From: an uncultured virus (IMG/VR IMGVR_UViG_3300036398_003808)
Lineage: Duplodnaviria; Heunggongvirae; Uroviricota; Caudoviricetes
Length of the DNA: 20,000 nt
Virus record (IMG/VR): IMGVR_UViG_3300036398_003808
Direction: 5' to 3' (one strand)
Positions 8,768 through 15,904 of this stretch are shown in pieces (positions within the stretch are counted from its first letter, which is position 1; every line of letters starts with the position of its first letter). The notes under the pieces are model-generated. The model ran no database searches and was not told the origin of the DNA. It worked only from the letters and a program-made list of their open reading frames with translations. Position numbers and translations under genes: made by a program.

Positions 8768-9056
8768 TTGCAGCCTCGTGGATGTTGCGACGCGCAGCCT
8801 CGGACAGTTTGGGCCAGGCGGCCGCAAGGTCCGAGTCGTATTCCCCGGACGTGACGACGGGCTCCTCGATGGTGCCGTCGCTGCCGTCACCGCCTAGCGG
8901 CTTGGCGTTTCTGGCCTTGTATGCCTCCTCCAGGGTAGCCCACAGTTCGCTGTAGGTGGCGTCCGTGAGTCCGGAGACGCACTCGGCGACTTCGTCGACG
9001 GAGTGATATCGGAGTTTCCCGGGCGGTTGTGTGATGTCGATGTTTCTCATGCTCAT
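8757..9056 (-). CDS. Hypothetical protein, 99 aa (alternative start 9050)
   Basis: ATG AGC ATG AGA after a C/A-rich leader; coding-like codon usage. Confidence 0.78.
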   Translation of the reverse strand: MSMRNIDITQPPGKLRYHSVDEVAECVSGLTDATYSELWATLEEAYKARNAKPLGGDGSDGTIEEPVVTSGEYDSDLAAAWPKLSEAARRNIHEAANAN

Positions 9057-9058
9057 GC

Positions 9059-9083
9059 TTGTGATTGTGATTGTGATTGTGAT
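9059..9083. repeat. (TTGTGA)4; (TCACAA)4 on the coding strand before ATG 9056
   Basis: Four perfect 6-bp units at 9059-9082. Confidence 0.95.
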
Positions 9084-9093
9084 GTTGTTGCGC

Positions 9094-9519
9094 TCATCCG
9101 CCGACCCCCTGAGCCCTCAGCCACTGCGAGGTGCTGAATGTCCGAGCCTCCGTCGCCGTGATGTATGCCGCGCCGCCGCCGTAGGCATCCGTCCTGGGCT
9201 TGGAGCAGTCGTTCGACCACTCGAACGAGACCGGCTCGGTCATGTCGAACTTCTGCATGAGATGCCGGATGAGCTTGATGATCTCGTCGATGCACCCGCA
9301 CTCGCTGTGAATACAGATCGACCTGTCGCCCTCTTTCTTGATGTCGAAGTTCCAGTTTTCGTCCTCGGCGTCCTTCTCCCAGCCTTTGGGTATGTCCGTT
9401 TCCGGCTTGTCGCCGTTCGCGCAATCAGCCATCGCCTGCGCTAGTTCGACGGCATACTGGACAGCTTCCGCAGACGGAAGCGCCAGTTCCATGCTCACAT
9501 TTGTGTAATAATCAGCCAT
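9094..9519 (-). CDS. Phage/mobile-element hypothetical protein, 141 aa (MADYYT...CSKPRTDAYGGGA)
   Basis: N-terminal MADYYT and FEWSNDCSKPRTDAYGGGAAYITA resemble a recurrent uncharacterised mobile-element family. Confidence 0.82.
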   Translation of the reverse strand: MADYYTNVSMELALPSAEAVQYAVELAQAMADCANGDKPETDIPKGWEKDAEDENWNFDIKKEGDRSICIHSECGCIDEIIKLIRHLMQKFDMTEPVSFEWSNDCSKPRTDAYGGGAAYITATEARTFSTSQWLRAQGVGG

Positions 9520-9532
9520 AATAATCAGCCAT
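9506..9532. repeat. 13-bp tandem duplication spanning a start codon
   Basis: Minus strand reads ATGGCTGATTATT ATGGCTGATTATT A. Confidence 0.95.
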
Positions 9533-9533
9533 T

Positions 9534-10280
9534 TTATGTTTCGCGCAGAAGCACGATTTGTAGTTGTGGTTGTACCTGGTGCGACAATCCGGTGGACGAG
9601 TAGTAAACGCTGGCCATCAGCGGTCGCATATCGATGTCGAAATACTCCTTCGCGTAGTTCTGCACCCAGTGAGGAATGCCGCGCACCTTCAGATTGCTGG
9701 TATACTTGTCCTCGCCCCTGGCGTCGTAAAACGCCAACGGAAGGTCGTAGGACAGATCCGTCAATTCGTCCATGGTCTCCGGCCGTCCGCGACGCAATGA
9801 GACGGTCAGCAGCAGCATGCCGCCGACTGCCAGAAGTTCGTTGCGAAACATGGCGGCGATGTCTTCCTTCTTCTCCTTGGACCAGGTTCCCATCCAGTCC
9901 AGGTAGATAACGTCATAAGGCCGGCGCCTGGTCGTCAGGTCCGCGAAGCTGCGGAAGTCAACCGGACCAGCGGTCATCTTGAAGTGTTGCGGCAGAGCCT
10001 CGCCGAACTTGGCGGTCTTCTTGTGAATCCTCGGATCCCGCTCGAGCCCGAGGAATTCCATCTTAACGTCCGGGAAGTCACTTGCCAGCGCCTGCTCCCA
10101 CACCCATGTCTGCGCAGGGAAGGACAGTATCCGCAGTCGCTTCTTCATTCGGCGATACTGTCGCATCAAATCAAACGCCATGGACCGATACAGCATGGCG
10201 TCTGCCAATCGCTTGGAGGTGTTCAGTCCCCATGCTATACGGCTGGGGTCGACGGTTTCTTTCTGTAGCTTCGGCTTCAT
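9534..10280 (-). CDS. Putative class I SAM-dependent methyltransferase-like protein, 248 aa
   Basis: Rossmann-like strand order ILSFPA, FLGLERDP, YDVIYLDWMG, LLAVGGMLLLTVS. Lacks a canonical GxGxG loop; substrate unknown. Confidence 0.6.
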   Translation of the reverse strand: MKPKLQKETVDPSRIAWGLNTSKRLADAMLYRSMAFDLMRQYRRMKKRLRILSFPAQTWVWEQALASDFPDVKMEFLGLERDPRIHKKTAKFGEALPQHFKMTAGPVDFRSFADLTTRRRPYDVIYLDWMGTWSKEKKEDIAAMFRNELLAVGGMLLLTVSLRRGRPETMDELTDLSYDLPLAFYDARGEDKYTSNLKVRGIPHWVQNYAKEYFDIDMRPLMASVYYSSTGLSHQVQPQLQIVLLRET

Positions 10281-11257
10281 GCGTTGGTTGGTGTGAGTAG
10301 ATACACCTCGTAGTCGCCATCGCGGATGCAGTCGTGCTCCTTCAGCGTGTCCCGGAAGCCGTCCTTAATCTCCTCGATGTCACTCGGCGATGTTTCGTCA
10401 GTCACCGGATACAGGTTCTCCAAAGCACACTGCACCGCATACCGCAGAGCTTCCTCCTCGGTCGCGTGCAGGCTGACCGATGGTCTCTGGCAGATGACCT
10501 CGCAGACGATGTGCTGCCCTGCGCCCTCGAACCAGCCCTCCAGCAGCCTGCGCCAGGCGGTCCGATCGGCGCGAATGAACGGCTTCAGCTGGCAGCCCAG
10601 TTTCTCGGTGAAGTATTCCAGCATGAACTTAGGCACAGACACTGCGCAGTCGGCGTGATGCTGATCCACTTCCCGCGGGTCAACGCCGGCTTTGTATGCC
10701 TCGCCCAGCATCTTGACATACTCCGTCATCACGCCGCACCACTCGATCATGGAATGGATGCCGCACTGGGCGCCCAGCGCGTAATAGGAAGATGCCAGAT
10801 CCCTCGCGCGCTGAAGCGCCTCCTCCGCTGAGGTAGGCGACACCCCGGAGTTGCTCCAGGTCGGCGCGCGAAACACGAACGGTTCCATCAGTCCGGTCGC
10901 CGCGCGTGGCGTGGCTGGCTCGGCGTGGTCCAAGTAGTTCCGCAGGCGCTCCTGCAGCCTGGCTAGATATTCCTCGCACAGATCCAGCACGTCGGACAGA
11001 CGTCCGCGCATGCCCAGATCCCGCAGCGCCACGCTGGCGATCTCCATCAGCTCGTTCAGCTCCGTGTCCGTGAACGGCGGAATCTCCGGCAGCTTCTCCT
11101 GCCCGCAGTTCAGCCGCTCACACAGGTCTCCGATTTCGTCCTCCGTGGGCAGCGGCAGTCTGCCGCTGTCGGTGGCGATGTCGTCGATATCACGATGGTT
11201 GCCGACAGTCGACTGGTAGCAGCGCAAGGCTGCCAGGATGGTGTGGATGTGGTTCAT
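10277..11257 (-). CDS. Hypothetical multi-module protein, 326 aa (MNHIHTILAALRCYQ...)
   Basis: ATG 11257 overlaps the upstream TGA; the N-terminal TILAALRxYQ...IATDxG...LCERLN segment resembles a small phage protein. Confidence 0.8.
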   Translation of the reverse strand: MNHIHTILAALRCYQSTVGNHRDIDDIATDSGRLPLPTEDEIGDLCERLNCGQEKLPEIPPFTDTELNELMEIASVALRDLGMRGRLSDVLDLCEEYLARLQERLRNYLDHAEPATPRAATGLMEPFVFRAPTWSNSGVSPTSAEEALQRARDLASSYYALGAQCGIHSMIEWCGVMTEYVKMLGEAYKAGVDPREVDQHHADCAVSVPKFMLEYFTEKLGCQLKPFIRADRTAWRRLLEGWFEGAGQHIVCEVICQRPSVSLHATEEEALRYAVQCALENLYPVTDETSPSDIEEIKDGFRDTLKEHDCIRDGDYEVYLLTPTNA

Positions 11258-11688
11258 TCTTTGAATGTGATGGTGGTGCGGTTGCCGATTGTGCACATGT
11301 TGAACTCGCCCTTGGCTGCCCGTCTGCCAATGGTGTCGATCTGCTCCTGTGACCAGACGGTGTCCTCGGTGCCAATGAGTTCACACACTTTCTGCACCTG
11401 CCGCAGATCCATGGCCACGTAGGCCGGGTGGTGCGGTAGGTCGACCGACGATATTCTGACGATGGCCAAGGCAGGCGACCCCAGATTTTTCTCAAGTTTG
11501 CGCTGCACTTCCTCCCTGACCTCACGCTTTCGCCTGGCTGCGTCATACACGACCTGACGTGCCTCTTCTTCCCGCTTTGCTTCTTCTCCGTGTTCGCCGC
11601 GGAGCGCCTCCTCCGAGCGCTCTATAGCGCGGTCAATTTCGTCATCTTCGATTTCCTGGTCGGTGGGACCATTGTTGCTATCACTCAT
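11254..11688 (-). CDS. Hypothetical protein with charged coiled-coil N-terminus, 144 aa
   Basis: ATG after a C/A-rich repeat leader; ATGA overlap at the end. Confidence 0.8.
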   Translation of the reverse strand: MSDSNNGPTDQEIEDDEIDRAIERSEEALRGEHGEEAKREEEARQVVYDAARRKREVREEVQRKLEKNLGSPALAIVRISSVDLPHHPAYVAMDLRQVQKVCELIGTEDTVWSQEQIDTIGRRAAKGEFNMCTIGNRTTITFKE

Positions 11689-11692
11689 TTTT

Positions 11693-11721
11693 GGTTGTTG
11701 GGGTTGTTGGGGTTGTTGTTG
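11693..11721. repeat. About three copies of 9-bp GGTTGTTGG; (CCAACAACC)n on the coding strand before ATG 11688
   Basis: Units at 11693, 11702 and 11711 (last one imperfect). Confidence 0.9.
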
Positions 11722-11777
11722 CGGTTATTCGGTGGTCCTCAGATTGGTGCATTAGATGGTGAGCCATCTACTCGATC

Positions 11778-11984
11778 TCATAGCTTCTCCGGGTCCGGCA
11801 CGTAGCCGCATCCTTCCATGGCGCCGTCGATGCCCTTGGCGCGCAGTGCCTTCTTGATGACGCCCTCCTTCGCTGAGCACTCCAGGCAGATGGCGTCATT
11901 GTTGAACCACGACATGATGCGTGCGATCAGTTCGTTTGGACACCGAGCGCACTTGTTCGCGGCGAAGAACGGGTCTGGTGTCAT
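11778..11984 (-). CDS. Small putative zinc-binding protein, 68 aa (CxxC...CxxC)
   Basis: FFAANKCARC...RIMSWFNNDAICLECSAKE; two CxxC pairs; ATG 11984. Confidence 0.75.
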   Translation of the reverse strand: MTPDPFFAANKCARCPNELIARIMSWFNNDAICLECSAKEGVIKKALRAKGIDGAMEGCGYVPDPEKL

Positions 11985-12034
11985 GCTGCTGGGCAGTCGC
12001 GGCGCGCGGTTAGATCTGAATTGTTGACCTGCTG

Positions 12035-12877
12035 TTAAGCGCATTGGGTTGATGTGTGTTTGCTAAATTCCTCCAGGATCTGCAGCGCCGGGAGATGCCG
12101 GTATTTCTCGAAGCCTTTCGCCTCCAGCTGCTCTACGCCGGGTCGATGGTCCATGGAAGACTGCAAGTCAGCAGCATCGCCGCCGGCGGCAATCACGGCA
12201 GAACGCAGCCCGGCGCCGAAGCCTGCGATCATCAGATCCCACTCGGCTATCTCGCCCACCAGCGCCTGCAGGTCACGATCATCCCAGTAGCCAGACTCGT
12301 CGCTGACGCGTGCCAGAATTCCAAGTTCCTTGGCCTTGTCCAGAATGGCGATGACGCACAGATGGCACTCGAGGAAGTGCTTCAGCCCGCCGCAGCGGGG
12401 GTCGTTGGCATACTGCGTCTTGCAGAATGAATTCCACCGCCAGGTCGCACCTTCCGCCTTCAGCTTCTTTCCGTTGAAAATCCTCGATCTGGGAAACCGC
12501 ACCAGACCGAAGTTGGCAGCCTCGCAGCCTTCGCCCGGCCACGTGCTGAACCCATGGAACTCCTGCGCGTGGATGTCGACCGATCGCCTGTAGCCCGACG
12601 CCTTCTCGCGCGGCGTGGTCACATCCACCGAGTCGCGCAAGCCCTGAATTGCCCACCAGCGAAAGGACTCTGCGTCCATGTCGTCCGGCAGTTTTGGATA
12701 CGTCTCTGCCTTGTTGTAGTCCACGTCGGCGCCTCCGCTGAACACGCCGGAGACGGTTTCGAACGGAAGGTCCATCGCGAATGATCCCAACGCGGCGATC
12801 GCGTCGAGCGCTTTCTTGCTCCCTGCTTTTGTTGCCGGCGCTTCGAGCGCCAGGTCGTAGTGTACGGTGAGTCCCAT
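12035..12877 (-). CDS. Conserved-looking hypothetical protein, 280 aa (MGLTVHY...FCKTQYA...VSDESGYW)
   Basis: ATG 12877 after an A-rich leader; strong coding bias; motifs GCEAANFGL, SFCKTQYA and HFLECHLCVIAILD. Confidence 0.82.
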   Translation of the reverse strand: MGLTVHYDLALEAPATKAGSKKALDAIAALGSFAMDLPFETVSGVFSGGADVDYNKAETYPKLPDDMDAESFRWWAIQGLRDSVDVTTPREKASGYRRSVDIHAQEFHGFSTWPGEGCEAANFGLVRFPRSRIFNGKKLKAEGATWRWNSFCKTQYANDPRCGGLKHFLECHLCVIAILDKAKELGILARVSDESGYWDDRDLQALVGEIAEWDLMIAGFGAGLRSAVIAAGGDAADLQSSMDHRPGVEQLEAKGFEKYRHLPALQILEEFSKHTSTQCA

Positions 12878-12879
12878 AT

Positions 12880-13137
12880 TGTAATTTTTTTCGGTGTGAG
12901 AACAGCGGTTTCCCGTCTGCTCCCGTCGGTGTGAGTTCCACTTCGATGTCGTCCTTGGGAACCTTCCCATGATTGCGCCACCAGATTGCATGCCTCAGCT
13001 GCTTCACACTCTTGCCGCGGGCATACATCCAGAACTCACAGGCCAATAATCACAGGAGCCCGCGCGTCCAGCAGGCGTTGCATTTCGGCAGGAATCAGGA
13101 TGTTCGCTGACACCGTGACTGTCTTTGCTGCGCTCAT
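12880..13137 (-). pseudogene. Possible frameshifted small gene (MSAAKTVTVS...PVI / ACEFWMYARGK...)
   Basis: ATG 13137 overlaps the def stop and runs 33 codons to TGA 13036. Coding-like sequence continues in the +1 frame from about 13046 with no stop before the next gene. Confidence 0.4.
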
Positions 13138-13661
13138 GACTTCGCCGCCTTGCACGTCGCCATGGCCTCGTCGCGCAGCACTGGCGTGCCGGATTGTAGA
13201 AGAGTGATGCCGCGGAGGTGGTCGTGTTCGTGCTGGAACACGCGTGCCGGCAGACCGGTCAACTTCTTGTCCGCGATCTTGTGCCCCTGCTCGTTGGTCC
13301 AGGACGCCAGGATGACGTGTTCGCGTTCGACGCGGAACTGCCGTCCGGGTAGGGACAAGCAGCCTTCGACGTCGGTGACCTTGACCGACTTGGGCCCGGG
13401 GCGCCAGGTCGGGTTGACGCACAGGTGCGCGACGCTCGAATTGACGTTCCCGGAGGACGTGACTCTGGCGCTCGCGGCCAGGAAGAAGAAATTCTCCCGC
13501 AGGCCGACCTGGTTCGCGGCGAGGCCGCATGCGGACTTCTCACGGGCGAGCCGCATCAGGTCCGGGCGGTAAGCGCGTATTGCCGCTGGGTCCGATTGTA
13601 TCCCGGTCAGGTCTTCTCCGAGAATGTTGTCGCGCGTGTTGATCAGTTTTATGGTTATCAT
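13134..13661 (-). CDS. def: Peptide deformylase
   Basis: All three PDF motifs: ACGLAANQVG (GxGxAAxQ, first Gly replaced by Ala), EGCLSLPG, and ARVFQHEHDHLRG (HExDH). Confidence 0.95.
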   Translation of the reverse strand: MITIKLINTRDNILGEDLTGIQSDPAAIRAYRPDLMRLAREKSACGLAANQVGLRENFFFLAASARVTSSGNVNSSVAHLCVNPTWRPGPKSVKVTDVEGCLSLPGRQFRVEREHVILASWTNEQGHKIADKKLTGLPARVFQHEHDHLRGITLLQSGTPVLRDEAMATCKAAKS

Positions 13662-13671
13662 GGGTACAGCA

Positions 13672-13705
13672 AGAAGGCGTCCACGTGTACACGTGGACGC
13701 CTTCT
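13672..13705 (-). terminator. Perfect 34-bp palindrome; probable terminator or regulatory hairpin
   Basis: AGAAGGCGTCCACGTGT|ACACGTGGACGCCTTCT between the 73-aa gene and def; U-tract is weak. Confidence 0.6.
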
Positions 13706-13729
13706 GAAAGAGGTTAAGTTGTGGTCCGA

Positions 13730-13951
13730 CTAGACGGCCTGAGCGATGCTCGCTTCGGCTTCCTCGATCATCAGACCGGTGCCCAGCATGCGAGCGAGGG
13801 TCGCGACCTTCGTCAGCTGCTCGTCTTCGCGCGGCCAGCCGGCGGCGAGGAGCTCTTGCTGCTGCGGCGAGGCCGAGGCAGATTTTTCCAGGGTGGAGAA
13901 TCCGGAACGAACAACAGCCCCGGTGATTTGGAGAAGCGCGAGATTAGTCAT
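13730..13951 (-). CDS. Hypothetical protein, 73 aa, possibly virion-associated
   Basis: Fills the gap after the RNAP gene; a promoter-like motif abuts its ATG; contains LEKSAS and LTKVAT. Confidence 0.72.
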   Translation of the reverse strand: MTNLALLQITGAVVRSGFSTLEKSASASPQQQELLAAGWPREDEQLTKVATLARMLGTGLMIEEAEASIAQAV

Positions 13952-13986
13952 GGCGGAATCCTACGCCAGCCGGTCTCGCAGCTCAA
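13952..13986 (-). promoter_or_regulatory. Promoter-like element TTGAGC-17nt-TAGGAT, 6 nt before ATG (leaderless)
   Basis: Sigma70-like hexamers with a 17-nt spacer; closely resembles the element at 18002-18035. Confidence 0.6.
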
Positions 13987-13987
13987 G

Positions 13988-15901
13988 CTATTTCTGCATG
14001 ACATCCGCCAGCGGCACACGCCCAGCGAGGACGTCCTCGAGCTGCTGCTTCGTCAGTCCCATCATCGTGCGCGCGGCGTCTTCCATCGCTGGATTGAGGA
14101 TGGGCCGCGGCAGACGAATGCGGCCCCACCGCTCTCCATTCAGCAGCCGATTGTCGAAAAGGCCACCGGGGATCGGTGTCAGGTTGCGAAGATTTACCAT
14201 CTCGCCGTTTTCGACGTCGATCGGATCGCGCTCGTCCAGGTCGCCGTCCGTGAATGGCGCGAGGCGATACTTGCCCTTGCCGGAGTTGCGCGTGTTGATG
14301 CCGGCGCCCGCCAGCAGCGCGCGGAACTTGTGCCAGACAAACGGCTCGCCGATCTTTGGTAGCGTCTTGTCCGTGCGCAGTGCCATCCAGAAGTCGTGAT
14401 TCTTCTGCCCGCGGATTGTGGCATTCTCCCGCATCAGCGAGTAGGCCCCGCTGGACAGTGTTGCAAAATTCTCGAGACCCGAGAAGCGTTTGGCCTGTGC
14501 GAATTCGCCACCGCCGCGCGTCGGCTGCTGATTCTGGTCGTAGCTGCCCGTGCCGCGGGCGCTGATCTTGCCTTCCGACGTGTGGTGGAGCTTGTGGACG
14601 AAACCGTAGCCCACCGTCACCGGCGCATCCAGCGTCCGGCCTTCTTCCGGATCGTAGACCATCTCCTGTGACTGCACGCCATTCTCGCGTTCCAACTGGT
14701 CGATGTAGTCGTTCCAGTTTTGTCCCTTCGGCAGGTAGCTGGGCAGCTTCAGCGCGTGCCCCAGCTTCTTGGCGACCTTGCCGAGCCGCAGCTCGTGCTG
14801 TGACGCCGGGTTCGCCCGGGAGACCAGGGACAGCGGATTGAGCAGCGCATCCAGCGGCTGTCCGTCCTCCGTCCGCGGCATCTGGTCGTCGGGAATGATC
14901 TTCGAGACGGTCGCCTTGGCGCCCTGCCGCAGCACGATCTTGTCTCCGACTTCCGTCGGCTTCAGGAATTTCAGCACCACCTTGTAGCCGTTCTTGGTCG
15001 CGCGCGCGGCGATGACCTGGGCCGGCTGCTGTCCGTGCCACACCTGAGCGGCGTCGCGGCGCTGCTGCCTCAGCGCCTTGCTGAGGCGCCCGATGTTTGC
15101 GCCGTCTGACGACAGCGTGCGAGGCATCGTCGCGAGCATGACGGGGTCGCCAGACTCCAGCACGGTGCCAGGTCGCACCAGCCCGTGTTCGTCAAAATTT
15201 TCCAGCTTCTCCTTGGTGAAGCGGTTCGGGAAGAGGGCGCGGTAGTGGCTGAGACCTGTCTTCAGATTGTCCGAGCGGTCCTGGTGCATCACCTTGTATT
15301 GGACGGCGGACAGGCGCTTGGCGAACGACTCGCTGACAGGCATGGCGTCGTCCATTCCGAAGCCCTTGAATGGCACCAGAGCGATGCGGGCGTTCAGCCC
15401 CATGTTTTGCACGCCGTTGTCGTCCGTGTAGGACGATGCTGCCATCATCTGCCCGGGTTTGAAGGTGTCACCTTTCTTGAGCAGTGCGCGGGAGGTTATG
15501 CCCGATTTCTGGTTGAAAAATTGTTCGTTGTACAGGTCGACGTCCGCCGTCTCGCCGTCATCGTAGGAGACGCGGATGTAGTCCGGCGTGACGCTGATGA
15601 CGCGACCGGCACGCTTGGCGCGGACGGCGCCCATGTTCTCGCCGACGATTTCGTCAAAGCTGCGCCCTTCGGGGTCGGACGTGTCCAAGTTCTGGATCAG
15701 CGGAGCTTCGCCCTTGTCGATCGCCAGCGCCTGGTTCGCGAACCGCGCGCCGTAGAACAGCCGCGGCGCTTGCACTGCTCCCGCCAGCGGAATCATGTTG
15801 GTGTGTGACCCAAACTGCTGCGAGGGCGAGGACAGCTCGTAATCGACATCCGGATCGTCATCCGGCACCTCTTCGAGGCGGTTGTTGCGTACGACGTGCA
15901 T
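13988..15901 (-). CDS. rpoB: Phage multisubunit RNA polymerase chain: C-terminal half of beta fused to an N-terminal fragment of beta-prime
   Basis: RpoB-like blocks TNMIPL..PRLFYGARFANQAL, GLNARIALVPFKGFGMDDAMPVSE, VGDKIVLRQGAKATVSKIIPDDQMP, DALLNPLSLVSRAN, VTVGYGFVHKLHH..KISARGTGSY..QQP, AKRFSGLE. Then RpoC-like VENGEMVNLRNLTPIPGGLFD and ERWGRIRLPRPILNP. Confidence 0.92.
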   Translation of the reverse strand: MHVVRNNRLEEVPDDDPDVDYELSSPSQQFGSHTNMIPLAGAVQAPRLFYGARFANQALAIDKGEAPLIQNLDTSDPEGRSFDEIVGENMGAVRAKRAGRVISVTPDYIRVSYDDGETADVDLYNEQFFNQKSGITSRALLKKGDTFKPGQMMAASSYTDDNGVQNMGLNARIALVPFKGFGMDDAMPVSESFAKRLSAVQYKVMHQDRSDNLKTGLSHYRALFPNRFTKEKLENFDEHGLVRPGTVLESGDPVMLATMPRTLSSDGANIGRLSKALRQQRRDAAQVWHGQQPAQVIAARATKNGYKVVLKFLKPTEVGDKIVLRQGAKATVSKIIPDDQMPRTEDGQPLDALLNPLSLVSRANPASQHELRLGKVAKKLGHALKLPSYLPKGQNWNDYIDQLERENGVQSQEMVYDPEEGRTLDAPVTVGYGFVHKLHHTSEGKISARGTGSYDQNQQPTRGGGEFAQAKRFSGLENFATLSSGAYSLMRENATIRGQKNHDFWMALRTDKTLPKIGEPFVWHKFRALLAGAGINTRNSGKGKYRLAPFTDGDLDERDPIDVENGEMVNLRNLTPIPGGLFDNRLLNGERWGRIRLPRPILNPAMEDAARTMMGLTKQQLEDVLAGRVPLADVMQK

Positions 15902-15904
15902 GCG

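Noticed and set aside
12279..13046. 255-aa ORF as a full-length gene
   Set aside because: Only the first ~55 codons look coding; the rest overlaps the better-supported 12035..12877 gene.
13988..15901. Host chromosomal rpoB, or an rpoB pseudogene
   Set aside because: Too divergent, no rplL/rpoC context, phage-like neighbours, an uninterrupted frame and retained key residues.
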